A DNA stretch of 64,000 nt. Source: Podarcis pityusensis. Its lineage: Eukaryota. This document shows, in pieces, positions 12,347 through 25,984 of the stretch (position 1 is the first letter of the stretch; each line of letters opens with the position of its first letter). The translations under genes were made by a program, and so were the position numbers. The stretch lies in the NCBI GenBank assembly GCA_964106645.2, contig OZ067041.1; one strand, 5' to 3'. Below the pieces are notes generated by a model, which saw nothing but the letters and a program-made list of their open reading frames with translations, had not been told where the DNA came from and did no database searches.

Positions 12347-12604
12347 CTGTATTTTTCGCTCTATAAGACGCAGCAGACCACAAGACGCACCTAGTTTTTG
12401 GAGGAGGAAAACAAGAAAAAAATATTCTGAATCTCAGAAGCCAGAACAGCAAAAGGGATCGCTGCGCAGCGAAAGCAGCGATCCCTCTTGCTGTTCTGGC
12501 TTCTGGGATAGCTGCGCAGCCTGTATTCACTCCATAAGACGCACACACATTTCCCCTTACTTTTTTGGAGGGAAAAAGTGAGTCTTATAGAGCAAAAAAT
12601 ACAG
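12347..12604. mobile_element. Tc1/mariner non-autonomous MITE with internal hairpin
   Basis: TA TSD (12345-46, 12605-06). TIRs CTGTATTTTTCGCTCTATAAGAC / GTCTTATAGAGCAAAAAATACAG. Confidence 0.9.
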
Positions 12605-12631
12605 TAAACATAGATAGACTTTCTCTATGTT

Positions 12632-12888
12632 TTTGGAAGGGACTCCAAGGGTCATCTAGTCCAACCCCCTGCAATGCAGGAATATCACCAAAGCATCCAT
12701 GACAGATGGCCATCCAATCTTTGTCTTAAAAATCTCCAAGGAAGGAGAGTTCACCACCTCCTGAGGGAGTCCCACTGTTGAACAGCTCTTACTGTTGGAA
12801 AGCTTTTCCTGGTGTTTCATTGGAATCTCCTTTCTTGTAACTTGAAGCCATAGGTTCGAGTCCTACCCTCCAGAGCAGGAGAAAGCAA
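12632..12888 (-). mobile_element. CR1 LINE 3' fragment
   Basis: Reverse complement of the CR1 ORF2 end and 3' UTR. Same family as 33085-33557. Confidence 0.88.
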
Positions 12889-14619
12889 TGTGACTTACAT
12901 AGTGAAACAATATGATTCAGGCATATACAATGGCAGGCAGATTCACCCTTCCATCTGCATGAATTAGGAGGAATTCTTTTATGCTGCAGCCCTATATAGA
13001 CCTACCTGGGAGCTCCACTAAACACAACAAGTGGGACTTACTTGTGGGTAAACATGAGGGAAGGAACTCACTGCTTGCCTGTGCTTGTGGTTCCAATCAT
13101 ACTGGCTTGGTTTATGCCAATACTTAGTCCACTTTCGCAGTACAGACTTGTAGATGAATCAAGAGTGAACTTGCCTCTGCTGTCACAGATGGCTCACAAA
13201 TGCCATGACTGATGTCGACTCAGATGCAAATCATCTACCTCTAAGAGACAAAGAATGAAACAATGAATCGTTTTTTTAAAAAAACTTCTTTCTAGATTGT
13301 AGATTGAATCTGTGTAGCCCCTTTATGTCTGTTGATGCCCCCTCCACAAAATAAGTAGTATTGCTTTGCCATTCCCCCTCCTCGCAATTTGATATTCTAC
13401 AGTATCATTTACATTCCTCACCCAACAGTTCATTTCACCTCAAACCAAGAACCTCCCCACAAGATCCTTCATTTGCCTTCATTTGTTTAGATATCTAAAC
13501 AAAGAACATTCATTCTTCTTCAATTTAGCCTTTTCTTCTTTGATAGGATTACCTAAAAAGCCTACCCCCACCTCCCCTGGAACTTAATCTGTTAAAAGCT
13601 GTATTTCCCCGAGTTCTTCAGGTATTTCATTTAACAATAAAATAAAATTAGCATTTTTACAGTAAAGTTGGTATTCTAAGCAAATACGATATTTAGAGGA
13701 CGAGCAGGAGTCTAAACAGAGGCAAATGGCATATCAGACTTTTCAACCAGATTTAATTTTGACCTAACAAAATTCTTAGTTTACCATGCTGTGTTGGAAC
13801 AGAAAATCAGAATAATCTGCCTACTTTTGCATATTATTTAGAAATACAAAACACATAATATCTGTAAAAATGCTAAACGGAAATAAGCATTTAATTATCA
13901 TTGACTTCTCCTTTTTAAAAAAACTGCTTCCTAAAAGTGAAGCATATTGAATTAGTAAGTGAAGAAGATTTTCAACATTCAAACTAATATAAAATATTTC
14001 TAATTCAGCAAAAGATAAAATCACTGAACTGGTAATGGAAGGGGGGCAGAAAAGGGTGTGCACTGTTGTAAATATTAGAGAATGTATTAGAGGCATTATT
14101 TTTACTTCATTGCTCATGCAGAAGGCCAGAGCAGTAAGCCTCATTGAACTTAATAGGACTTACTTTTGAGTAAAACATACTTGGGCTGCTGTTTTGGTAA
14201 CAACCCCATGTGAGCAAAAACATTTCATTTTAGGCTCCCTGTTTATTGAATTTAGTGTAAATCAAAAATAAGGCATACAGTCCCTTGAGCTGAAGTCAGA
14301 ACTCTGGGCCTCTGTATAAGAACCTTCCATTAATGTTTTAGTAAGCTTTAAGAGCTCCACTTCCAGTGGGGAATGCTTATTAGAGCATTAACAAATACTC
14401 AAATGGGCATTTTGCAGTGAAAAATACTGCCATAATGTTGCAAAATGACTACAGGGACTTCCCTCTTTCTGAGCAGGGCATCCAACATGCCTACTTGTGG
14501 GTTGCAGTTTTTAAAATGACTATTTTTGGCAGCAGAATTTTCATCAAATTGTAATAAAGCATTTCCCTTTGGTGGAAAAAAAGAAGCAACTGTCCAATGG
14601 AAGCCAGAGAGGTAATCAT

Positions 14620-15046
14620 GTAATATAAACACTCATAGATACAAGTTTTATTCTTCATTGATAAAGTAATCACACAAAGAAATGTCTTGGGAGTAACTTC
14701 AAAGGCCACTTAAGTTTTTCACTCTCATATTCACTTTGCTGTTCTTGGTACCTTTATAGCTTCCGATTACATACCGATGGATGCCTTCCCCTCTCTGTGG
14801 ATCAAGACCCACAGTCTATCATTTGTACAAGGTTCCACGGAAGCCAACGGGGATTTATTTTGAATAACGACTCATGGAGTTATTTTCTCTCTGAAATAGC
14901 ATCTGTCTCTGCCACAACATCTTAGAGCAAAAGCAGCATCTTTTTTCTCTGGCTGCATTAAGCAGAAAAGAGATCTCCACCCCAAGCGATTTTTCCCTAT
15001 TCAAGGTGACAAGGGAGGCTTAGGAAACATATGCAGCATCAATATG
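14620..15046 (+). other. Candidate promoter and first exon ending ATG|GTAAGC
   Basis: Unique sequence that retains CpGs, TATAAA near 14623, strong donor at 15047. Would encode either Met alone or MQHQY+G. Confidence 0.3.
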
Positions 15047-15224
15047 GTAAGCGTGACATGTGTTCATTAAAAGTGTTTATGATGCATTCTTTGGGGGCAA
15101 ACGTGCTTTTCTGCATTGTTAAGTTCCACATTTTTATTATTTTGTTACTATAAATGTGTACTATGACAAGGTCATATTCGCAGGCAAATCTTTCTGTTGC
15201 TAATTACTAGTGATTGCTGGACCA

Positions 15225-15690
15225 TCCCCCATGTCCAATTTGGAATTTTAAAAAACAGGTCTAGTGCTGGATTGACTTGCCTTTGGCGTCCTGCCCACTA
15301 ACCACCCAGCTAAGGGGTTCTTAGGTGCAGCGTTAGAGGAGCAGAAGACTGTAGTCCTGGGTGTTTTCAACATTCATGCTGAGTCCACTGTGATAGGTCA
15401 GCTTAGGACCTCATGGTCTTCATGGGGCAGTTTAAAGCAGGGCATTGTCCCATGTACGGAGGAGGAAGGTCTGGATATTGGGGCAGGGGAAATATTTGCC
15501 TGTTTTCACGGTCCAACCACTTCCAGCTGAGTTTAGAATTACAGCTCCTAGACCTCCCTCCAGAACTGGGTGACCAATCTAAATGGTCTGTCTAGGAAAA
15601 TAAATGGAATCCAATGGATTTCTAAACGCTGTGGGGCATTTTCTACCATACAGAGCTGGTGATCCTGTTGATGCTCTACTTGTGCCTACT
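15225..15690 (+). mobile_element. L2 LINE endonuclease-region fragment
   Basis: GTCCTGGGTGTTTTCAACATTCAT translates as VLGVFNIH (APE motif GDFNIH), with an SNHF (SDH motif) downstream. Confidence 0.6.
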
Positions 15691-16689
15691 GCATGTCTGC
15701 ATGGATAGCTAAGAATGTATATTTTCACTGCCATCCTCAACTGAGGCAGATGTCAAAACACACTGGACAACCTTTACAAAACTCCACTCAGTGAGGTCTA
15801 TGAGCCTCAGTTAATGGAGCAACTAGATCCATCAGTTGCCAGTCATGATTTGTTTGCAAGGAGCTTTGAGGGTAAAACAACTTAACTGCTCTATTATCTT
15901 GATACTATTACAGAGAATCCTGATGTGGCATCCAAAACCCCATCGAGGCAAGTTTTATGGATCAGTTTCAGCTGAGGCAGCTCAAGGACACGGACAGTGT
16001 TTCTTCTGATAGGCATCCATCCACACACACTCTCGATCCTTGCCCATCCTAAAGTTAGCCAGGGAGGTTTTACTATGTGAGTAGAGGTAGCAGTGAAAGT
16101 GTCACTATAAGAAGACATGATGTGGAACTGCAGCTGCTTTAAACTATAATCATATTCAGGTTACTCAGAAGTAAGCCCTACTTTGACTGACCTGGGTTCC
16201 TAGCTTTCTGAGGTGGCTCCAAGAGCTCATCCAGATTTATCTGTGCTTGCCAAGTGAAAGTAATGGAATTTAAAGTCTTCTTTCTTTCTATCAAAAAGGA
16301 GATGCCCTGAAGTTACTAGTTTAACGGCATTTCAGTCTGTGGCGTACAACCTTTGCAACAGATTCCATGCAGTGTAGATTTTGAAGTGTGAGCAGAAGTG
16401 CACATATAATTGAGAATACCAATTATATTCAAAAATTAATAGTCACAAAACAGCTACCTTCATGTTTAATTGAACCTGATATTCCTCCCTTTAAAAAAAT
16501 CAGGGGAATTCAATGATAAAAAACCCTGCCTGATCAGAGTAAAGGCTTGTGTTGGCTCAAGAACTATAAAATCAGGAAATTGAAAACTAAGGTTGATGCC
16601 TTAACATATGGTCCCCGCGATTAAGAATCATTTGGGTCTTGTAATCAGGATTCAGATTTGCTCATTAGCAAGCCAGTGGGACAGGGAAT

Positions 16690-17150
16690 AAAGTATGACC
16701 AGTGATAGAAGACCACAAACTCAAGATTATGACTGAAACAAATCAATTGGTGAGCAATGTTTCATTTAAGACATATATTATAATACAGGAGAAAATGAGG
16801 ACATGAATTTTGAAGAAACCAAAGGAAAATATAAGGAAAATATAGAAAAAAAATACAAAAAATATATAGCATAACATAGCTTGAAATTGTCATAATAACT
16901 GAAGCAATCAATATAGCCTTCTAACTTCCTCCAGTCCACCTAGTTGTGAAGCAGAATTTCTAAGATCCCCAACATGTAGAAACTCTAAGTAACTTAGGAT
17001 TCTAACATTGGGATCAAAGGAATTTTAAGGCAAAGTGACACCAGTATGCTGAGATGCACCTCTGTTTCTCCACAATATGCAAGTCAGACATGTTTATGAT
17101 TAATTTTCATAGATTTTTATCCATTCAGAGAACCTTTGGAGAATGCTGAT
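16690..17150 (-). mobile_element. Old non-LTR retrotransposon 3' fragment (RTE-X-like?)
   Basis: Shares AAGCAATCAAT..CCTCCAG.CCA.CTAGTTGTGAA with 18440-18740. A-rich 3' UTR on the + reading. Confidence 0.4.
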
Positions 17151-18439
17151 TTTCAATTACATTCACAATGTGCAAGTTTCACTGTGCTGAAATTTGGCTG
17201 AAAAACAGAATCATCTGAGCTGTGGGGACACAGTTCAGCCCTTTTGATGAACAACAACAACAAATTCCTAAGTTTACAGGTGTACAACCCCCCCAAACCC
17301 TACTTTGACACGTGAAAGACCCCCTCAGGGGTCCATGTAACATCTGCCAGCTCTGGTAGTAGGTGGGAGCTTTCAGTGTTCTCAAATAATTGTGGCTTTG
17401 CAGCAACAATAGTTCAGTAGACACCAATTATTATACTTTGTAACTGCACATCTGGAGCCATAATGTCTTGGAATCACATGAGGATGAAAGAACAGATACC
17501 AGATTAACATTGCCAAACGTCATAGGGAACCACAAAATACCTTGACGAACTAGAGCATATTCGCTGCCAGAGCATGTCAGTTTAACATGAGAGAACGGCC
17601 AGTGTGCCACAAGAAATACATTAATTAAATAATGTAAGGGTTCCCATGAGCCAAAAGTACACACCCAACCGAGACTGCTCTATGCATCTCTGCATGATTT
17701 GCTGCTCTGGCTCTGCTTCCCGCCAATCAGCCTCAACTGGGGGCAAATTAAGCACTCCCATGCAGAGATGCAGCTAAATGGCCTGCCCTGGGATGAGACA
17801 TTTGTTGTTTCTAAATGAGTCACTGCTCTGCCTTGTTTTGATTAGGAGGCATGCCCAGAATGTGACACAGGGCTCCTTCCTGGGAAGAAAACTAAAAATA
17901 AACTGCTCTGGATATAAGACTGCCTCTAATTTTAATTTTTTAAAAGAGGGTATCGCAGCTAGTGGAAATCACTTCTATTTTTCTCCCACTTCCATTTCTC
18001 TGAGGAACCCTTAGTAGCTCACTCCTTACTTCAGAGGAGCATGTGGGGTCACTCCCTCTTTTAGCCAGAGTTCAGGTTCAGGTCCTCTTCTCAATGGATC
18101 TATCTGTGACAGCTGTTAGGCAAGCAACAAAAAATGCACAAGTGGGACTTTCTGTCCCCGCAGCCATCTGACTACCTTCCACTATGCACTTCTTCTTGTA
18201 TCAAAAGACGAGCAGAGCTAGAAAGAACTCAGAAGTTGTGGGTGTCTGCAGCAACATGTCATGCTTGTTAATCTGGTGATCTAGACAACATCAGCATATA
18301 CCATGCCAAATCCTGGTGCATGCAATAACACTCACTGGATCCCAGCTGAGGTTCTGTTTTGCCCAGTAGCAACCTAGTGGAACAGGGAGTGAATCTCACA
18401 CACATCGAGAAAAAACCCCAAAGACTGCTGAACGTAACT

Positions 18440-18740
18440 GAAATGAATTACTCAGTTTATTGATATACAAAGCTTAATAGGAATGAAAAATGTTGATGAT
18501 ATGAAATAAAATGAGAATGCATGTAGAAAAAGGGAAAACAGAAAATTGAATATATGGGAATTGATACAAAATAGGTAAAAATTGATTAAATGATTAGCAA
18601 TTGAATATGATTTGCATATGGATTAACAAGCAGCAGGCATTGACAAAGCAATCAATCAAAGTGAATAACGTAATTCCCATCTCCCTCCAGCCCATCTAGT
18701 TGTGAAATAATTCTAAAGGTTCCTAGTATATTAGCATATT
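18440..18740 (-). mobile_element. Old non-LTR retrotransposon 3' fragment, same family as 16690-17150
   Basis: Shares the motif given for 16690-17150. Confidence 0.4.
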
Positions 18741-18744
18741 TTAA

Positions 18745-19341
18745 AGGCAATGCTGCTCTAGGCCGCAGCAACACTCGTCTCCCAGTCAAGTGAAGTGATA
18801 GCCCTGCTCTCTTCTGCCTTGATCAGACCACACCTGGAGTCCTGTGTCCAGTTCTGGGCACCACAATTTAAGAAGGAGATTAACAAACTGGAAAGTTTGC
18901 AGAGGAGGAAACCAAGATGATCAAGGGTCTGGAAACCAAGCCTTATGCTGAATGGTTGAGGGAGTTAGATACGTTTAGCCTGGATAAGAGGAGACTGAGA
19001 GGAGTAATGATAGCTATCTTCAGATATCTCAAGGGCTGTCACCTGGAAGATGGAGCAAGCTTGTTTTCTCCTCCAAATTTTCTCCTACTCTAAAGGGTAT
19101 TACCTGAGCCAATGGAGTCAAGTTATAGAAAAGGGGCGTCCGGCTAAACATCAGCAAGAATTTTCTGTTCAACAGTGAAACAGACTCCCATGAGAGGTTG
19201 TGGACTTTTCTTCCTTAGAGGTTTTTAAGCAGGAATTGTGTGGCTATCTGTCATGGTTGCTTTAGCTGATATTCCTGCATTGCAGGGGGTTGGTCTAAAT
19301 GACCCTCAGGACCCTTCCAACTCTACCGTTCTATGATTCTA
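18745..19341 (+). mobile_element. CR1 LINE 3' fragment
   Basis: [17 protein letters not shown] motif, CR1 3' UTR and TTCTATGATTCT tail. Confidence 0.92.
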
Positions 19342-20309
19342 ACTCCCTCAACCTCATAAAGCTTGGTTTCCAGACCTTTTTTCATATTTGTAGAAAGTTG
19401 GCATGCTCTTCTGACAGATAGATAGGTACACATGTTCTTTGGTGGTAGCAGCTCTCCTGAATCTCAAGCAGCAGAGGATCTTCCCAGCCCTCTTCCCAGA
19501 GATCATATGACTAGAACCTAGGAATTTCTACATGCCAAGCATGAGCTTTAGCAGGGAGGTGTGACCCCCCACCCATGAAGACTGTAGTGCTTAGAAATAG
19601 CAACCCTTTGGAGTTTCAGTGTAGCAGAACATCTAGGCCTCCTCTCTCTCTTGAAGATATGGGGCCTTATCCAGTGTTGCAGCTTTGATGGCACAACAAA
19701 CTTCTGTGTGAGCCATGGAGCTCCCCCTCCTCTCCAGCCCCCCACATGTCCTCAAAATCAGTTCTGGGGGGTTGGAGGACCCCCCAGAGAAGATACAACC
19801 CATAGATTGGCTATTGTTTCCAGCAGGGCTTTTTAAGTACCTCAGTATTTTATATGTAGGCACAATATTTGGATGATCCACTACTATATGTTGTAAATCA
19901 ATTTCACTAGGACATAATTACACATAATAATTTATAGTAGTATTGCAGGAAACAGCCTGTTTTGGTGTGTCTCTCTGTGTGTTTTCTTAATGAATTTATT
20001 ATTACAGAAGTTTAACATTATCAGCAGCTGCAGTTTAGATAAAAAGATAATTCATTTGCTTCTGGTTGTAATTTTTTTTAGTTAGCATTAAAATAATAAT
20101 CATATTTGCCTTTCCATTGTTTGACAAAGACTTAGGGAGTGCTATGTTTCACTTCAGTACTTGATATATGGCTACAGTAATTAATAAAGCAGACATTGGC
20201 TAGTGCCTAGCAGTAAATAAGTAAGCGACATGAGTTCATCAAAAACAAATCAAGCTGAACGAACTTAATTTCTTGTTCTGATCAGATAACAAGCTTAGCG
20301 TATAAAGGA

Positions 20310-20376
20310 TATGCAGTGGACATACAATGTCTTGATTTTAATAAAGTATTTGATGCAGTTCAGCATGACATTCTCA
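20310..20376 (+). mobile_element. Tiny CR1 RT relic
   Basis: Translates AVDIQCLDFNKVFDAVQHDIL, compared with the consensus VDxxYLDFSKAFDxVPHxIL. Confidence 0.55.
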
Positions 20377-23300
20377 CAGGAAAACGAAGAAGTGATGATT
20401 AGCCGCAACAGCTCTAAGATGCATACCCAGCAGGCAAAATAAATTTGAACTCAAAAAGGACAAAATATCAATTCTTAATGGTTCAGCATTCAGTTGGAAG
20501 AAGGAAGGGAACATGATTTCCCCCCTAGTGTGGAATTTCATCCCCACCCCTCTGATTAAGACGTTGGTTGTTGCAGTGGAATAGGCAAGCCTCCATAGTC
20601 TGTGCACTACTAAACCAAATGCAGATCATGGAAGTGTTTGCAGCTCCACCCCTCATGCACAACCACACAGTTGTTTTATAGTGTTAGGCCGACAGCAAAA
20701 CCATGAAGTTTATTGAACCTTTGGTGTACTTCCTTGCCCACATTGGCCGATTGATTGCCTCCAGCTTGGCAGGCAGCAAGGTACACACTCCCAATGTTTG
20801 TTTTCCAGGTGACTGCATCCAGAATTATCACTTTCTTTCTTTTGGAACAGAATAAACTGTTATGACTATTGGGTGGTAGTCAACAAAGTTTTGCTCTGAA
20901 CAGGTCTACTAATTAATGGACCTTTCTTAGTCAGGCTCATACATTCTTATTCATTAATGGAGCGCTCATTCATTTCAATGAGTCCATTCTGAGTAAAAAT
21001 TAGTTGAATACCACTCACTGTGTGCAATAGATTCATCTAACAAAATTCAGCAAAGACACTCTGCATTTTTTATAAGCTAATCAGAGTGAAATACGGACTT
21101 CACTCTTCTCAATCCTCTTCTGTGAATTTTGATTTTTGACTATTTGCTATTGGTACCTAGCATGATACCTGAAAGTAATCAAAAATTGAAATGCAATTGT
21201 ATTTAGCAAATGAAAGTGTATAACAGAGGACATACAATGGTATTCAGTATTTTGACAGTTTCTGATTGTTAATATGCAGTGACACTTAAGAAAATCAGAA
21301 TTTTGCATTCATAATTTGAATGGCAAAAGTGGAATGCTGGCAGATATATAAATATTAGGGAATGATGGTTTTGTCTCTATTACTGACCATCCCATCCGTA
21401 CACTTTCACCAAGGTATCTTGTGGTGCAGGGAGAGAACAATTTCAATAATACAAAAATTCTTCCCATTCTTTGGGTTATACCCAACAAAGCTGTCCTGTT
21501 TGCTCAAGGACATCTTCTTGGACAATGGTACTCCTTTCACTCTCCTACATGTCTCCAATGCACCCACAAATCTGCTCTAGGGGGTTGAGGGAGACCCCAA
21601 AACAGACTGGGGGCACATGAGGAGAGGGAGAGGAAGTCCCATTGTTCAGGTGAAAATGCTTGTGCTAACAGAAGGGCTTCACTAGATCCCCCTGCATGTA
21701 GGAAAGGCTTTCTCGCTCCCTCTCATCGGAATCCCTATCGTTCCGGAGTTCCAAAGCAACAGTATCCATGCTGCCTCTCTACAGATGTTCAAATGCAGAC
21801 TTTCCCACCCTGGTGACCTCCAGATGTTTTGAACTGCACAGCTTCCATCATCCCTGACCATTGGCCATCCTGGCTAGATCTGGGGACCTGATTCGTGAAG
21901 GCTGTTCCCATGAATGCATAGAGGCTGGGGCAAAATTTTCCACTACGATTGTGCTCTCACTTCCCTTCCAGGAACTTTCATTAGAACACTTGAAAGAGGC
22001 TGGCATTACCCACTTTACCCATTACTGGAAACAATCAAAACACTTTGCATCACACAAGTTGAAAAATAATTGGTGAGAGGGAATTCATTGATCATTCCTA
22101 ACTCAACTTCTACTTCCCTTCAAGACTGTCTATTTATGAGGAAGAGGAATATTTGATGGTTCTAGTTATGAGCAGTGAATGAGATGGGATGTGCATCAAT
22201 GGAGAAATTCAATGAGTTCCCAATGAAAGTATAATGACGCAGAGTTAAATGGCAGATGGATCTTTCCTAAAGATATGAAACTTGTTTTATGTGGGATCAG
22301 ATCACTTAATCTTCTCTGATCTGCTGCTTGGAAGTCTTTGGCTGGAAAGAAGCTAGGGATGGAAGAAACCTGACTAGAATCTCATGTGCAAGTCCTATAT
22401 TCTGCCACTGAACTAGGGCTGTTCTTTCTGTACGGCACCTGGCAGCTATATGTTGTACACATACTTCCATATGGACAAATCTTCCTTTACGGAAATCAAT
22501 GGAAGAAAAAATTGGCTAGAGTATGCACATTCCTCTGTTTTTATTTGTGTTCCATATGTGTTTCACTTGATCTTTTGGGGAAAACTAAATGAAACAAAGA
22601 GAGACTAATAGAAAGAGACCCTTCACTTTAAAATACCCCCCAATCAACCACACACAAAAGAAACCTTTCAATATCTTAGGTGACTTAAATGATGGATATT
22701 TTACTCAGCAAGAGAAAGGTGGCACTGTCATCTTTTTGTGGCTATAACTACCTTAGAAAATAGTTCTTCTTCTTTTTGCAAGATGTCCTTCTTAGACACA
22801 TTTTGAGCTAATTAGGAGACATGCCAGTGTGCATCAGGTGTGCTGTGGTGAAGTAGCAGTGGGTTTTTCTAACTATATTTGATTGTACTGCACTGCATTA
22901 CAATGCCCATATTCTCAATGCAGGAATTTTTCAATATATATGTGTAGCCTGTGCATCCTTTTGCAATCTCCTGACTCCTGCTTGCCTGCTGTAGCCTTAG
23001 ATGAGGGGGGTGGACCGATGCCATGTAATAAAACATTTATTTTTAAAAAACAAAAAAACCCCCAAACCATACGTATCCACATGGATCAAAGAAAGTGCAG
23101 GGTTATGAAACATCCTCAATAGTTTTGTTAGAATCTGCTAACCCCCCCCCCCCCATTTTTCTATAGAGTAGAAACTTGCAAAAATTGATGCTTGTTTTCT
23201 CTCACTGCTGCCAGACTTCATTGTAGGCTGGCCAGCTTTCTCATGAGCACACTCAACTCAGCATTGGTTGTTCTTGGGGTTTGGTGGTCTTTCAGCAGTA

Positions 23301-25516
23301 GCAAAGTGGTTTCATGATGGTAGGAACCAACTTGCTTTATTCATGGGTGCAAGAAGGGAAGGAGTTCTGGATAGATCAGAAAAGAATTGAACCCTGTGGC
23401 AAGGCTTCAGTTATTTTTATTCCCTTGCTAGAAATAAGGCAGAACCAGAGATAACCTAACCCAGCCATAAGCCATAAATGTTCATCAGCACTCCTGGGAG
23501 GTTGCATTTGCTGAACACAGTTGCTTTTTTGGGGGGGGGGGTGATTCTCTACCACCTGCCTCTGCCCCCAAGGTGGAATAATTTGAGAACAAATGAACTG
23601 CAGGTCATCTGCTCCTCCTGCCCTCATCCAGACAGAAGACTTGGCTAAAAATAACAAACCAAATGTAAATTCTCTCCCCTCTTGCCACTAGCAAGCAGAC
23701 ATGCCCAGCAGCTAAAGGCCAGCCTACATACTGTATACTAGCTATGAGTCATGGGGGATTGGGGGTAGAGATAAGGGGTCAGTTAGCCATCTTCTCTAGA
23801 TGATCTTCTTCCCTGCATTGTAACAGCCATCCCCACATACTTTGTGTTTTGCCAATGTTTATATACAATGTGTATATAGACTTCAAGGTCTTTGCTTCTA
23901 ATGATAGGATACTTCCTGAAGTACTGTTGTATGATTGCAATCCAAGGATCTCCACTGCAAAAAAAAGCAAGTGATGAACAATGAAATAAATCTGGATTGT
24001 TATTTATTCCCCGCTCCCCAATCTGCTCCAATCTGTAGAAGCCAAGGCATATAGCATTTCATGCAAGTAAACTTCCTTGGCTCCGCTATCTAACATGAGG
24101 ACATCATGGGCAGAGCCAAAAGAGCCTGCATGATATTGGGGGCAGTGAGAAAACTGTACCTCCACTGCCCCTTTAGCTGCACAGCCTGCAATAATAATGC
24201 TTGCTTGGGTTCATGTGGAAAGTTCACGCTGGAACAATTGCCCGGCTCAGCCTAGATAGGACATACTAGATCTCACCTCCTTTAAGGTTTTAAATTCTCT
24301 TGGAATATGGATTCCAATCCTAGCATCCACATTCCTATAGGGATGTGTGTATAGATATGTGTGTGCTACACAAATAATAATTGTTAAATCATCTGTCCTT
24401 GCCTGTATCACAGCATGAGATGAGCTCTTCTGGGAAACAGCGACCAGATGACACAGCAATCAATGTGAAGCCACGTGTGAAACAACCTTGCTCTGTTTGT
24501 GTGAAACATCCTGGCAGAAGCGGACCGAGAGTCAGTGATGACAAACCTGGCATTGGTAATCAGGCAATTACCACTCCTTTTCAGGCTGATGAGCTAGGCT
24601 AGCCAAGTTTTAACTAGAGTTAAACAGAAATGCTTGGAGAAACGATTACTTACCTTAGTTTGCCTGCCTGATGAAACCTACGTTAAAGCTGCCGTCGCTG
24701 CAGGCGTTGCAAGTGCAGCTTTAATTAGAAAGTAAATGTAAGTTTAATACAAAGAAAATTGTCAGCAAGACTGAAATACCTAGAGCCAATCTGACACAAT
24801 TCATCATGCATTCACATTAGATTAAAACTCTGTGCTGTGGCAAGGCATGTTAATGGGGTATATTCTGCACTAGATTAAAATATGTAGTAAACAGGACCAC
24901 AATTATGTTACTGAGAAGAACAAGTGAACTCAATCCTGACGGTACAAAGAGAATATTATTCAAAATGCAATTATATAGTAAATGAGAATATACAAATATA
25001 TTATTTTGCCCTTTTCAGCAGCAGCAGCAGCACAACCTTGATGCACACCTAATTTAGGACTGATCCACACATGCCAATTTCCCATCATTCATCACTCACT
25101 AATCTTTCATCACTTGGTTACTCAGTATTTGGTAACTTTCAGACAAAATTGTGAACTATCAGAATTGAAAAACAGCATGTTAGAGTGAGTTTTGATGGCA
25201 TAAATGTTCTATGCATGATAATTAATCTTGGATGGCTGATTCACACATGTGCAAGTTGTCACAGATAATGAGCAATTAACATGCATGACTGAATGAGCCT
25301 TTATGCTTTCAGCAATTAAAACATCTGGGAAACTGTGTAAGCGTGATGTCACCACCACTGTAGTTAAACCAGGACTTTTCTTGATATAATAAAAGCCATG
25401 CTTTGAAAAGCACATAATACTCAAAATAAAACATCCCTGCATTAACAACTATGTTAAGCACATAACGTAGAGGTGGCATGTGCCATATTGACAGCACACA
25501 TATGAAATCCTGTGTA

Positions 25517-25872
25517 CAGTGGTACCTCGCAAGACGAATGCCTCGCAAGACAAAAAACTCGCTAGACGAAAGGGTTTTTTGTTTTTTGAGCTGCTTCGCA
25601 AGACGATTTTCCCTATGGGCTTGCTTCGCAAGACGGAAACGTCTTGCAAGTTTGTTTCCTTTTTCTTAACACCGTTAATACAGTTGCGACTTGACTTCGA
25701 GGAGCAACTCATAGAAAGCGGTGTGGTAGCCTTTTTTTGAGGTTTTTAAAGACTTTGGTGATTTTTGAAGCTTTTCCAAAACTTTCCCGACACCGTGCTT
25801 CGCAAGACGAAAAAAATCGCAAGACGACAAAACTCGCAGAACGAATTAATTTCGTCTTGCGAGGCACCACTG
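25517..25872. mobile_element. Tc1/mariner (pogo/Tigger-like) MITE, young
   Basis: TA TSD. TIRs CAGTGGTACCTCGCAAGACGAA / TTCGTCTTGCGAGGCACCACTG. Many internal CGCAAGAC repeats, CpGs intact. Confidence 0.93.
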
Positions 25873-25984
25873 TAATAGCTCCCTGATCAGTAGCTCTTGC
25901 TACAAATATTCTAAGCCATATACCATTGCCTCTTTAGGAGAAATAAAGGATAAGGTATGGTGGAGACATTTATTTGGCTTGTCA

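Noticed and set aside
12132-12581. 149-aa ORF
   Set aside because: Runs through a MITE, starts at GTG and has no recognisable domain.
25517-25872. CRISPR-like repeat-spacer array
   Set aside because: Eukaryotic DNA. Repeats are 8-9 bp, irregularly spaced and bounded by TIRs and a TA TSD.
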